A stretch of 51,783 nt of DNA from Cyanobacteriota bacterium (GCA_040756535.1 JBFLZA010000001.1:1-51783), one strand, 5' to 3'; counted from the first letter of the stretch, positions 18,434-28,257 are shown. Made by a program: numbers and translations. Notes: generated by a model not told the origin, from the sequence alone.

Positions 18434-21400
18434 ATGACAGAAAGGGTCATCACCACTCACCAAAAAGCTCCGCCAAATGCCCCTCTTGCTGTGGAGCTAT
18501 TTGCGGGAGTGGGCGGGTTCTCCCTCGGCATGAAAGCGGCTGGGATAGATGTTGCCTTAGCGATTGAAAAAGACGAACAGACTCAAGCTACCTACTCTCA
18601 AAACTTTCCCTCTACGTCCGTCCTATGTGCTGATGTGCAAGAGCTGACGGGACTTGAGATTCGCCGTCTTCTTGAGGTAGCCCAGAACCAACAGGGTAGA
18701 GAGTGGGATGGGAAAATTGGTCTAGTCTTTGGAGGGCCTCCCTGTCAGGGTTTATCCAGAATTGGCAAACGGGATGTGGATGACCCCCGCAATCAACTAA
18801 TTGCCCATTTCTGTCGTTTGGTCATCGAACTTCAGCCTACTGCTTTTGTTCTGGAAAACGTTCCCGACCTCTTGCTGCCCAAATACGCAGGTTTAATTGA
18901 GCCTTCCCTGCAACAGCTACAACAGGCAGGGTACAACACCTGGACTTGGGTTCTAAATGCCTTAGACTACGGAGTTCCTCAGAATCGAAAACGGGTCTTT
19001 ATCGGAGGAATTCTTCACCACACCTCTCCCCAGTTGCCAGCGGCAGCATCTCAAGTCGTTACCGTTAGGGACGCGATCAGAGACTTAACATTTCTATCAA
19101 AAGAAGCGTTTCCCCAACTCTTTGATACCGATGAATTGCAACTAGACGAGAAGCAATCTTCTCTCGAAGCCCAGCCTTCCGAGTATGTACTCAAACTTGA
19201 ACAGGTATTCCCAGCACCGTTCACAACTAATCCTCACCTACTCACGGGCTGTTGCTTCACCCGTCACACACCGTCAGTTGTTGAACGATTCAAGGCTACC
19301 GCACCGGGAACGACGGAGCCAGAGAGCCGTTTATACCGCCTTAAGTGGGACGGAGTTGCCCGAACTTTGAGAGCAGGAACGGGAAGCGACAAGGGACGGC
19401 ACACCGCTGCACGTCCGATTCACCCCGCCCTAGCCAGAGTACTCATAGTCCGCGAGGCGGCTCGCCTGTCCTCTTTCCCGGACTGGTTCCGTTTTCATCA
19501 TCGGATTTGTCGGGGCATGAGACAAGTTGGGAATGCCGTACCACCGCTATTGGCGCTGGCGGTGGGGAAAGCCATTTATCAATGTTTGGTACAAATAGAG
19601 GGTGCAACAGCAATGGAGACAGCCACTTTAACTCCCGCGATCGCACACATATCGCCCACTCAAAAGCTTACTCCAGGTGAGCATCAACTAGACCCCAAAC
19701 TCCTCAGACCCCACCCGCGCAATGCTTCTCTCTATGGCGAGGATGAAAGTGTAGATGACTTGGTGGAATTGATTCGCAACTCCCACTGGCTCAAGCCGCT
19801 AGTGATTACTCCTGATTTCACTATTATTAGCGGTCATCGGCGCTGGAAAGCAGCCCTTCAGTTAGGGTGGTTGAGTATCCCCGTAATTGTTAGGGAGTTC
19901 AAGGACGCTATTGCTGAGCTAGAAGCGCTGCTGCTGGAGAATGCTACCAGGGAAAAAACGATTGAGCAGAAGGTGCGGGAAGCTGCCTTATGGAAGGAAA
20001 TCGAGCAGGAAAGTGCCAAACAACGACAAGGAACCCGTCGAGACATCCAGGAAAATTTTCCTGGAAGTTGTGAGCAGTTTGGGCAGTCTCGCGATCATGT
20101 GGCACAACGAGTGGGGTTGGGTTCGGGCAAAACTTACCAGAAAGCCGCTAAAGTAGTTGAGGAGATTGATAAAGCCGTTTCGAGCGGACGACTTGCTCGT
20201 GCTAAAGCATTGCGAAGTGTTTTGAATCACCAGAGTGTAGACGGGGCTTTCAAGCTGAGTGAAAAACCCGTTGAAGAGAGCGACCCAATTTTAGAATTAA
20301 TCGCTAGCGGAGAGGTTCGCACGAGCAAGCAAGCCCAGTCGTTGCTAAAGAAGCGGCAACGGAGTAAAGAGCGATCGCTCCTTTATCCTCCTACTCCAGA
20401 AAACGAGCATGACTTGTCCAACTCGCTTTCACATCATCTTACGAAGCAGCCAGGGGGACTTGTAGAGATTTACGCGCCAGAACTTTCTGACTGGCATCAG
20501 CGCCATGCTCGAATAGAATCAGTGGGTGAGAAGCAGTGTAAGGTTTGGAAGCGAAATGTTCAGACGATGGAGATGGAACTACGCAGCTTTCCCCATGCTG
20601 ATTTGACTCCTCTTCCCTTGGAGGAAGTGCCGTCCCTTCTGGAAATCAGTACACGTATAAAGGCATTGTACCAAATAGGAGGTCTAGACCCGTTTGAGCG
20701 ATACATTTTACAGTCGCTAGAGCGTTGCGTAAATTTGACTCCAACTGAACTGGAATATCTCAACCAAATTGAGTTGAAATATCAGCAAGGACAACCATCA
20801 AACCAGAAGGGAACAGGGAATGGGGAACGGGAAACAGTGAGGAGCGAAGCGTTCCCCGTTCCCTCGTTAAACCCGTCAGTACCTGATGTTACCCCCCTAC
20901 ATCAGCACTCAATACCTGTTACCTCTCCTCATGAATGTCGAATCGAAACCTTTGAGTTTCCTCTACCTCCAACACTCAATGAAATGATTCGCACAGCTAG
21001 AGGCGGTTGGCAAGCTTCGGCTAAAGAAAAGCGGGAGTGGACAGAATTAATTGCCTCTTACTGTAAGGGAGCGTATCAATTTAAAGGAAAAATTTGGCTG
21101 GAGTATATATGGCGGGTGAAGAATTTAGCTCGCGACAATAACAACATTGCTGCCGCAACTAAGTATATTGATGATGGCTTAGTTGAAGCTGGAGTGATGG
21201 CGGATGATTCACTCAAATATATCCAGTCTCCAGTCTGCCATTGGTACGTTCAAAGTAGTGAAGATATGGTTACTGTCAGGGTAGCCAACGTGCCTATTTA
21301 CAACGGTCAGCCATTAATAACAATTGATGGTTCAAGCGAGTTTCTTTCTGCTGTTTCAACCCAAGTGCAATTGTCGAAAGCACTGCGGAATGTTTCACCA

Positions 21401-21487
21401 GCAACGCTATCTAGCCCAAATCCAACAGTGGAGAATCCTCAAGAGCTGCTTTTATCAAAGTCAAACTCTATGTCCTACGCTCCATAA
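18434..21487 (+). CDS. fusion protein: DNA (cytosine-5) methyltransferase, ParB-like nuclease/HTH domain, RusA-like C-terminal domain
   Basis: C5-MTase motifs: ELFAGVGGFSLG (I), GGPPCQGLS (IV), ENV (VI), QNRKRVF (VIII), GNAVPPLLA (X). ParB/Srx-like LRPHPRN...IISGHRRWKAALQLG. The C-terminal FPLPPTLNEMIRTARGG ... RDNNNIAAATKYIDDGLVEAGVMADDS resembles the RusA pattern LPWPPS.N..Y ... D.DN..K...DAL..AG...DD. Confidence 0.85.
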   Translation: MTERVITTHQKAPPNAPLAVELFAGVGGFSLGMKAAGIDVALAIEKDEQTQATYSQNFPSTSVLCADVQELTGLEIRRLLEVAQNQQGREWDGKIGLVFGGPPCQGLSRIGKRDVDDPRNQLIAHFCRLVIELQPTAFVLENVPDLLLPKYAGLIEPSLQQLQQAGYNTWTWVLNALDYGVPQNRKRVFIGGILHHTSPQLPAAASQVVTVRDAIRDLTFLSKEAFPQLFDTDELQLDEKQSSLEAQPSEYVLKLEQVFPAPFTTNPHLLTGCCFTRHTPSVVERFKATAPGTTEPESRLYRLKWDGVARTLRAGTGSDKGRHTAARPIHPALARVLIVREAARLSSFPDWFRFHHRICRGMRQVGNAVPPLLALAVGKAIYQCLVQIEGATAMETATLTPAIAHISPTQKLTPGEHQLDPKLLRPHPRNASLYGEDESVDDLVELIRNSHWLKPLVITPDFTIISGHRRWKAALQLGWLSIPVIVREFKDAIAELEALLLENATREKTIEQKVREAALWKEIEQESAKQRQGTRRDIQENFPGSCEQFGQSRDHVAQRVGLGSGKTYQKAAKVVEEIDKAVSSGRLARAKALRSVLNHQSVDGAFKLSEKPVEESDPILELIASGEVRTSKQAQSLLKKRQRSKERSLLYPPTPENEHDLSNSLSHHLTKQPGGLVEIYAPELSDWHQRHARIESVGEKQCKVWKRNVQTMEMELRSFPHADLTPLPLEEVPSLLEISTRIKALYQIGGLDPFERYILQSLERCVNLTPTELEYLNQIELKYQQGQPSNQKGTGNGERETVRSEAFPVPSLNPSVPDVTPLHQHSIPVTSPHECRIETFEFPLPPTLNEMIRTARGGWQASAKEKREWTELIASYCKGAYQFKGKIWLEYIWRVKNLARDNNNIAAATKYIDDGLVEAGVMADDSLKYIQSPVCHWYVQSSEDMVTVRVANVPIYNGQPLITIDGSSEFLSAVSTQVQLSKALRNVSPATLSSPNPTVENPQELLLSKSNSMSYAP

Positions 21488-21866
21488 AACTAGATGACTA
21501 ATCAGGATATGATGAGTGCGATCTGCGCTGACGCTCGAAGACTCGCTAACGCTCCGCTATCGCAGCAGCGCTAGGCTTACGCCGACGCTCGTTCCTCGCT
21601 ACCGCTTCGCTATCGCTTCGCTAACGCTATCGCTAGCAATAAATGGATACGTGCTAGTAAACTATGGCAACCGACCCTACCTTGACTCAAGCTTGCCTGA
21701 AAGCGTCTCCCATCAATTGTAGTGAACACCTGTTGCCGCAGGGTCGTCTGAAATTCACCCGAAGCGATCGCACCGAGTGTTGCTTCCATTTTGTTTAGCG
21801 TTGCTTGGAGTGGATTGATGCGATCGGCACAGACGCCTTCACCGCTGATGCCATCTTAGAAGCTGC

Positions 21867-22340
21867 TTATATAGATTCAATGACCCTAAGAATATCTTCA
21901 TCAGTAGCCGGACTATTATTATCAATAACCGCATCCCATTTATGGTTAATGCTTGCTGCTATCTTATTGTATTCTTCTACTTTCTCATCTGATACGGGTA
22001 TGTGTTCTGAATTGTCTCTATTTCTCACTCTTCTCAAACACTCTTCTAAATCCGCATAGACTTTTACTAGCTTGACTTCGTATTTATTTCTTAATGACGA
22101 ATGCATCTGATTGAATCCGTCTCCTGCCCCTAAACTTTCAATCATCACCTTACTATGCTGCTGAAACTCCTTATCAATTTCCTTCTCAACTGTTTCCCAA
22201 CCATTCTCACCTGGCGCTAATTTCAGCCATATCGGCTCTACTCTTAAAAATTTTATGTCTGTATTTTTATTGACTCGACTTCCAATATATGTCTTTCCTG
22301 AGCCTTTTGGTCCAATGAGTATGTATAGTATTTTCCTCAT
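21867..22340 (-). CDS. small P-loop kinase/ATPase-like protein
   Basis: Walker A LIGPKGSGKTYIG at the N-terminus. The 157 aa size is typical of AAA_33/shikimate-kinase-like small kinases. Confidence 0.65.
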   Translation of the reverse strand: MRKILYILIGPKGSGKTYIGSRVNKNTDIKFLRVEPIWLKLAPGENGWETVEKEIDKEFQQHSKVMIESLGAGDGFNQMHSSLRNKYEVKLVKVYADLEECLRRVRNRDNSEHIPVSDEKVEEYNKIAASINHKWDAVIDNNSPATDEDILRVIESI

Positions 22341-22405
22341 CTTGTTATTACCTCTAACGGCTCTACTTGTATTGCAAACATGACGACAGGAGTTTACCCC
22401 CTAGT

Positions 22406-23608
22406 TCATACCGTTAACTGTATCTGCGTTACCCCTTGGCGCAACTGGCGCTGCCTAGAGAGCCAAGAGTGCCTCACGCGCTTGCCCAGCAGGGGTGCTA
22501 GCTGACTCGCCGCCCATCGCAGCAGTCCGCTCTTACGCAGTCGCTCAGCCTGAGTTGCTTCCTGACGTTGAAGCTGCTGCGCTCGAATAATCTCTGGCTC
22601 CCGCTTAGCTTGAATCTGTGGCAAGACGGCATCAATTGCCGCATCTGTTGCCCCGTCACGTAACAGGGGAACCAGATGATTGGCCGCAACAATCACATCC
22701 CGCAACGCCATATTGATGCCTTGGGCGCGAATCGGCGACATCGGGTGAACCGCATCGCCCAACAGCAGTAACCCTGGTGCATACCAATGCGGACAACGCC
22801 CGACTACAACGGATAACAAAACAGGCCGCTCAATAGTTTCTGCATGAGTTCGGATATGCTCGGCTAACCACGGGGGCGATGCTTCTGCCAAAACGACAGG
22901 CCAAGCGGCTTGCTTCCAGTCCATTGGGGCATCGTCATGGAGTGCCCAGCCTATCTGAAGATTCCCCTCAGAAGAGCGAAACAGCCCAAATGCATAGCGA
23001 TCGCGCACAATCGAATAAAATATATTCTCGGATTCAAAGCGCGAGCTATCCGCCAATTTAAACCAAAGAATATCAAAGCTTCCGGACTGCTGCTCTAGAG
23101 GTAAGTTGGCTCGCTGCCGAACAACGGAATTACGACCATCCGCCCCAATGACTAGGTTGGCACAAATAGAGCGATCGTCACCCAGCTTCACACCCGAAAC
23201 CCGTTGCTCGCTCCACAGCAAATCCTGCACGGGACTGCCCTGGATAAACTCAAAATTGGGATAAGCTTTTGCCTGGTCGATTAACGCTTCCAGGAAAGGT
23301 GGCTGTGAGACGAGGGTGCAGGGCTTACCACCCGGTTCGATTGGCTCATCAACTCGAAACAGAAATCGGTTTTCGATCAGAACCTCCCAGGCATCCAACG
23401 GTCGATGGGGGATGCTCTCTAGCACAGACGACAATCCCATCTGCTCGATCGCATCCAACCCACTGGGCATCAGTCCTTCACCGCGAAAAACTCTTCGGAA
23501 GTTCCGGGATGCTTCAATCAGTTTGACGGCGATGCCTCGTTTCACGAGAAGCAGTGCAAGCGTTGCACCAGAAGGTCCTGCCCCGACAATTACAACCTGA
23601 GTCATCAC
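22406..23608 (-). CDS. FAD-dependent monooxygenase (UbiH/aromatic-ring hydroxylase-like)
   Basis: N-terminal dinucleotide-binding motif VVIVGAGPSGATLALLLVKRGIAVKLIE. Downstream GADGRNS and LLGDAVHPMSP motifs are typical of flavoprotein monooxygenases. Confidence 0.85.
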   Translation of the reverse strand: MMTQVVIVGAGPSGATLALLLVKRGIAVKLIEASRNFRRVFRGEGLMPSGLDAIEQMGLSSVLESIPHRPLDAWEVLIENRFLFRVDEPIEPGGKPCTLVSQPPFLEALIDQAKAYPNFEFIQGSPVQDLLWSEQRVSGVKLGDDRSICANLVIGADGRNSVVRQRANLPLEQQSGSFDILWFKLADSSRFESENIFYSIVRDRYAFGLFRSSEGNLQIGWALHDDAPMDWKQAAWPVVLAEASPPWLAEHIRTHAETIERPVLLSVVVGRCPHWYAPGLLLLGDAVHPMSPIRAQGINMALRDVIVAANHLVPLLRDGATDAAIDAVLPQIQAKREPEIIRAQQLQRQEATQAERLRKSGLLRWAASQLAPLLGKRVRHSWLSRQRQLRQGVTQIQLTV

Positions 23609-23777
23609 GTTAAAACTGCATTGATGACTTCAGAATAGCAAACTTGTCTGTGCAGGGAATTGATGTCCGCTGTCGCTTGCCTAGCGCGAGGCAATCTTTA
23701 AAATTAAGTTTCGCCCTAGTAACTAACCTACGTGATGTTTAGTTTAGGGGAGTTTTTCACTCTAAGTACGGGAGAGC

Positions 23778-23807
23778 CAACATCCAGGAAAATTTTCCTG
23801 GATGTTG
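23778..23807. repeat. perfect 30 bp palindrome within a roughly 65 bp remnant homologous to the ParB-region coding sequence at about 20043-20105
   Basis: CAACATCCAGGAAAATTTTCCTGGATGTTG is self-complementary. The following TTATCAGTTCGGGTTGTCTTGCGATCGCTGG resembles TTGTGAGCAGTTTGGGCAGTCTCGCGATCATGTGG at about 20068. Confidence 0.8.
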
Positions 23808-23902
23808 TTATCAGTTCGGGTTGTCTTGCGATCGCTGGCTACTACGGTACGGTAGCCAGCCTCGTCAGTTTATAACACTCCTGACTAATTATTGAAAACT
23901 CT

Positions 23903-24285
23903 CTAATGATCGCGTTGTCCAAGAATCGAGAAGTTACAGATCAGGCAAGAAAAATGGCTCGTATCACCGAATCTATGCGAAGTCAGGTCGGAATATAAAG
24001 ATACAAGAAATCTCGTATCACCCTCGTGCTGCGCTGCCTCAATGAGTTCGGCCGAGGCATCGACTCCCACCCTTCAATTCCCTTGGAAAAGAATTCACGA
24101 CACAACCACCCTTCACCGCATCCCACATCCAAGAATGTTTTCGGGTTAAGCTCAATTACTGTTTCCAATATGGCTGAGTTTGTGACAAGAACCCGGCTTT
24201 CAATTTGCTGATTACGAATCACCCGTGTCCAAGACGAAGCATTATTGTTCCATGAATTGATCAGCCGTTGTTCATTTTCGTCCAT
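23903..24285 (-). pseudogene. frameshifted and truncated class I SAM-dependent methyltransferase
   Basis: MDENEQRLINSW...FLDVGCGEGWLCREF (motif I). The frame breaks near 24065. A shifted frame continues as VGVDASAELIEAAQHEGDTRFLVSLYSDL... and then stops early. Confidence 0.6.
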
Positions 24286-24472
24286 ATAGTATCTCCTAGT
24301 GGAACAGAGGCAGCCTCCAAGCCTAATCGTAAACCCTGCTACTGGAGAGGATAGGTTTGCACGCCTGATAGCCCAAAAAGATGATGTTACACCCGAAGGT
24401 TGGTTGACGACTCCTGAATTCGATACGTTAGGGTATGAGTATGTACTCAACAGTATTTCTGACTCCACTGCA

Positions 24473-24730
24473 ATGAATCTCCCCGACCTCGATTCTGAAA
24501 CCATCGATCGCATTATTGAGATGGCGTGGGAAGACCGCACACCCTTTGAGGCAATTGAACAACAGTTTTGTCTTCAGGAAAAACAAGTCATTGCCCTAAT
24601 GCGGCTCCAAATGAAAGCGTCTAGCTTCAAGATGTGGCGCGAGCGCGTAACTGGGCGCAAAACTAAACACCTCAAACAACGCGACTTCGTTTCTGGACGC
24701 TTTCACTCTCAAAATCAGAAAGGTTCTTGA
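24473..24730 (+). CDS. DUF2805/TIGR03643-like small protein
   Basis: ORF 24299..24730 trimmed to MNLPDLDSETIDRIIEMAWEDRTPFEAIEQQF...MWRERVTGRKTKH, which resembles the conserved AWeDrtpFeaI...WRkRv.gR.tKH family pattern. Confidence 0.6.
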   Translation: MNLPDLDSETIDRIIEMAWEDRTPFEAIEQQFCLQEKQVIALMRLQMKASSFKMWRERVTGRKTKHLKQRDFVSGRFHSQNQKGS

Positions 24731-24763
24731 TGGGTTCTGACAAGGGGTTTGGGTATTGGAGTG

Positions 24764-24940
24764 ATGGTGCGCTCTCGTCAAAAACCGTGTACGCTTTGCC
24801 AGCAACTGAAGCCGGTACTCTACCGGGTAAAATATGACGAGTCGGCTCAATGGAGCTTTGTTTGTCGCCATTGCTGGGATAGTGTAAGTCAAAACAACCC
24901 GTTCTATGTGTATGGCGGCACTTGGAAAGCGAAGAAATAA
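24764..24940 (+). CDS. small Cys-containing hypothetical protein
   Basis: MVRSRQKPCTLCQQ...CRHCWDS has a four-Cys arrangement. ORF track trimmed to the ATG. Confidence 0.4.
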   Translation: MVRSRQKPCTLCQQLKPVLYRVKYDESAQWSFVCRHCWDSVSQNNPFYVYGGTWKAKK

Positions 24941-25099
24941 GAATCTACCCCTCGCCTCCCCCACTTCTTTTAGACAACGCGCTATTAGAAGGAGAATACA
25001 AGGAGCTAAAATACCTTAGTTCCAAAGTACGACAATACGCGATCGCTCACGGCGATCTATGATCGTGGATGATTCGCGAAAGAACCTGGTTGCCATTGT

Positions 25100-25411
25100 C
25101 CAGAGACGTTGACCAATGACTTCTTCGTGAACCTGCTCGACTTGGGCACGAAGTGGAAGGCGACCTCTGAAGATGAGTATGAGTTCGAGGGGAGCGATCG
25201 CAAAATCGGCGACCATAAGTGGACCGCTACCCGTGTTGAGTTCATCTTTGGCTCAAACTCTCAGCTCCGAACCCTCGCGGAAGTCTACGGAGCTGAGGAC
25301 TCGCAGCAGAAGTTTGTGAAAGACTTTGTAGCGGCGTGGGACAAGGTGATGAACCTTGACGGCTATGACCTCCGCGCAGTCCAAGCGTCAAGTTCTGCAA
25401 GGGGTTTTTAA
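25100..25411 (+). pseudogene. katG: catalase-peroxidase C-terminal remnant
   Basis: [20 protein letters not shown]...[42 protein letters not shown] matches the extreme C-terminus of KatG. The upstream ~600 residues of a full-length KatG are absent, and an in-frame stop sits at 25070-25072. Confidence 0.8.
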
Positions 25412-25693
25412 GCCTAGCGTCAGCTGAGCTAATCTGCGGCAATCTTGAACGTAGGTAGAAGCTAGCAACAAAAATGAGAGCGGCGTTTCAACTTCTCACC
25501 GATTGCCTCACCTTGTTTCGGTGCATTGGAATTGTTAGGCATCATCTTGGACGTGGTGATGCGTGGACTAAAGAGGTACAGCGAACCAGGCAAGGAGGAC
25601 GATATTGAGAGAGGCATTCTGCATTTAAGTAGGCTGGCCCAATCGCCGGAAGTCTTGCTCTTTAATAAATTAGGCCGATTGTGCCAGTTTTGG

Positions 25694-26632
25694 TTAGTCC
25701 CATCGGTGTTGTCGAGCTTCATTGACTATCCCTTGAGCCTCTTCGAGTGAAATATTGTAGCGATCGCTCAAAAGTTGGGGAATGCGATCGCAGTCGCGAT
25801 TGGGATTCACTTTTCGTTGATGGGAGTAGGAAGGCAGTGCAACATTACATAAAAAAGGCGAACGTTGCGCCTGTAGTTGAAGCGGTTCAAGATTCCGAAC
25901 TTCGCGTGAATTTACAAAAAATAGCAAGGCACCACTGAGGTTAGCATTGCTGAGGTTGGCATCGCTGAGTAAGGTACAGTTGAGGTCGGCACCGCTGAGA
26001 TTAGCATATTTGAGGTTGGCACCACTGAGGTTGGCACTACTGAGGTCAGCACCGCTGAGGTTGGCATATCTGAGGTTGGCACCGCTGAGGTTGGCACCAC
26101 TGAGATTGGCATTGATAAGGTCAGTACCGCTGAGATTGGCATTGATGAGGTCGGCACCACTGAGATTGGCATTGATGAGGTCGGCACCACAGAGCTCCGC
26201 ACTGCTGAGATTGGCATTGATGAGGTCGGCACCGCTGAGGTCGGCACCACTGAGGTCGGCATTGATAAGGTCAGCACCGCTGAGGTCGGCATTGATAAGG
26301 TCAGCACCGCTGAGGTCGGCTGTTTCTGTATTTCTGTTGGCCCTGCGAAAATTGAGCAACAGGAAGACTCCACCGGCAACCATCACAATCGCCCCCATAC
26401 CGCTGATGAGGGTTTCACGGTGTGGGTGAGCAAGGGTCGCGCTCTCGTTGTGGGATAGGCGATCGCCATCCGGCTGAAGTCTACGATCGGAGAGTAACCA
26501 CAGCCACCACACTATCCCAATAAGGGCTGGAGTCGCGATCGCTCCAATCACCCACCACTTGTTGATCCTTATCTTTCGCTGCCACTGCTTGGATCGCTCC
26601 CGCATTCTTGAGACTCCCTCAATACTGAGCAC
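25694..26632 (-). CDS. membrane-anchored pentapeptide repeat protein
   Basis: Long run of A(D/N)LSG/ANLIN pentapeptides ([18 protein letters not shown]...). N-terminal hydrophobic segments ([22 protein letters not shown]). Confidence 0.9.
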   Translation of the reverse strand: MLSIEGVSRMRERSKQWQRKIRINKWWVIGAIATPALIGIVWWLWLLSDRRLQPDGDRLSHNESATLAHPHRETLISGMGAIVMVAGGVFLLLNFRRANRNTETADLSGADLINADLSGADLINADLSGADLSGADLINANLSSAELCGADLINANLSGADLINANLSGTDLINANLSGANLSGANLRYANLSGADLSSANLSGANLKYANLSGADLNCTLLSDANLSNANLSGALLFFVNSREVRNLEPLQLQAQRSPFLCNVALPSYSHQRKVNPNRDCDRIPQLLSDRYNISLEEAQGIVNEARQHRWD

Positions 26633-26904
26633 ATTATTAATTCCCTGATTCGGGAATGCTCTAATCTTTATGCACGCTTAACTAACCCATTCACTCTAAA
26701 GTAAACGGGTCTCTCTCGACATTTTCCGGGGGACAGATTCAGGGCGATCGCGGCGGCATCGAATAGGCAGATGCCACCTAACGCTGCCCATCACCCACCG
26801 TAGATAACCTTTGCATCATAGCCAACCAAATCTCGGCGGTCGGCGTGCATGGGGGTTGTTAGCTTGTGTCTTCCTTGCTAAAGCACTCGCGGTTTTATAA
26901 TTGA

Positions 26905-27960
26905 GTGATGCAAAAGCTTACGATCACCCGACCCGACGACTGGCATCTGCATCTACGTGACGGTGCGGCGCTGAAAGCGGTTCTGCCCCATACAGTGCGT
27001 CAGTTTGCCCGTGCCATCATCATGCCGAACTTGAAGCCCCCGGTACGCACGGTAGCTGATGCTGCGGCCTATCGCGATCGCGTCATTGCAGCGATTCCGG
27101 CTGGCAAACAGTTTGAGCCACTGATGACGCTCTACCTCACCGACAACACCAGCCCCGAAGAAATTATCCGGGCTAAAGAATCCCAGTTTGTCAAAGCGGT
27201 AAAGTACTACCCAGTCGGTGCAACGACCAATTCAGACTTCGGGGTGACGGACATTCGTAAGTGCGATCGCGTCTTTGAAGCGATGCAGCAGGTAGACATG
27301 CCTTTACTACTGCACGGGGAAGTGACCGATCAAAGTGTCGATATGTTTGATCGTGAGAAGGTATTTATCGAGCGACATTTGATCCCCCTCAAGCAGCGAT
27401 TTCCTAACCTGCGCGTGGTGCTTGAACACGTTACCACCTCAGATGCTGTGCAGTATGTCCTGTCTGCCAACAATATCGCTGCAACGATTACGCCACAACA
27501 TTTGTTATTTAACCGCAATATCCTATTTCAAGGTGGTATTCGCCCCCATTTTTATTGCCTGCCAATTTTGAAACGTGAGGAGCATCGCCTGGCTCTTTTG
27601 CAAGCAGCAACCTCTGGCAATCCTAAGTTTTTTCTTGGCACCGATAGCGCCCCCCATCCTCGCAATGGCAAAGAAAGTTCCTGTGGCTGCGCGGGTTGTT
27701 ATTCGGCTATGCACGCGATGGAGTTATACGCAGAAGCTTTTGAGAGCGTTGATGCACTCGATAAACTTGAAGCTTTCGCCAGCTTCTATGGGCCAGATTT
27801 TTATCAACTCCCACGCAATACGGAACAGATTACTTTGGGCAGAACGACCTGGCGCGTTCCCGATGAAGTGCCATTTACTGAATTCGGACTTGTGCCCTTA
27901 CGGGCAGGTCAGGAAATGACGTGGCAAATGCTTGACGCTAGCATGGCTGAAGCTAATTGA
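26905..27960 (+). CDS. pyrC: dihydroorotase (homodimeric type)
   Basis: [16 protein letters not shown] metal-binding HxH motif, plus ...LLHGEVT..., VLEHVTT and GTDSAPH. The 351 aa length fits class II PyrC. Confidence 0.9.
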   Translation: MMQKLTITRPDDWHLHLRDGAALKAVLPHTVRQFARAIIMPNLKPPVRTVADAAAYRDRVIAAIPAGKQFEPLMTLYLTDNTSPEEIIRAKESQFVKAVKYYPVGATTNSDFGVTDIRKCDRVFEAMQQVDMPLLLHGEVTDQSVDMFDREKVFIERHLIPLKQRFPNLRVVLEHVTTSDAVQYVLSANNIAATITPQHLLFNRNILFQGGIRPHFYCLPILKREEHRLALLQAATSGNPKFFLGTDSAPHPRNGKESSCGCAGCYSAMHAMELYAEAFESVDALDKLEAFASFYGPDFYQLPRNTEQITLGRTTWRVPDEVPFTEFGLVPLRAGQEMTWQMLDASMAEAN

Positions 27961-28257
27961 TTTGGATGATCGTGTAATAGACACGCTATTCCTTAGTTAT
28001 TGATGGTCGAAGAATCGGCAAGGACTCTTTACGGCGCAAAAAAGATCTGTTTTGGAGAGGGCTAACGGCAAAGCTAACCGGACGGCAACAATCCTTGCAA
28101 CTTAACAGATAGCTTATGCTCCGTTCCGGTTCAGCGTAGTGTTAGCTGGCGGTTTCTAGTATTGATTTTAAAGTAATTGCGCTGTGCAAGGAAGGTGAAA
28201 CCCTGCCCGCATGAAAAACTGCCAGACTTAGAATAGGATGAATTTCCTCTGTTCCCT

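Noticed and set aside
21516-21722. 68 aa ORF across the CGCT-rich tract
   Set aside because: The open frame is a consequence of low-complexity sequence. It has no start context and a biased Arg/Leu/Ser composition.
16792-22340. The methyltransferase fusion as part of a classical type II restriction-modification pair
   Set aside because: The neighbours are a tyrosine recombinase and, across a convergent gap, a 157 aa P-loop kinase-like protein. I saw no PD-(D/E)xK, HNH or other endonuclease-like partner, so I treat it as an orphan methylase fusion.
25912-26429. ORFs 25912..26379(-) and 25947..26429(+) encoding repetitive Ser/Thr/Pro or Leu/Arg-rich products
   Set aside because: They are frame shadows of the pentapeptide-repeat gene. 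The repeat periodicity generates open frames in all phases.
26640-28200. GCTAAC/GTTAGC-bounded hairpin-rich stretches flanking pyrC (about 26780-26880 and 28060-28150), considered as copies of one MITE
   Set aside because: The two stretches did not align convincingly with each other by eye. Without a genome-wide search I cannot support a repeat-family call.
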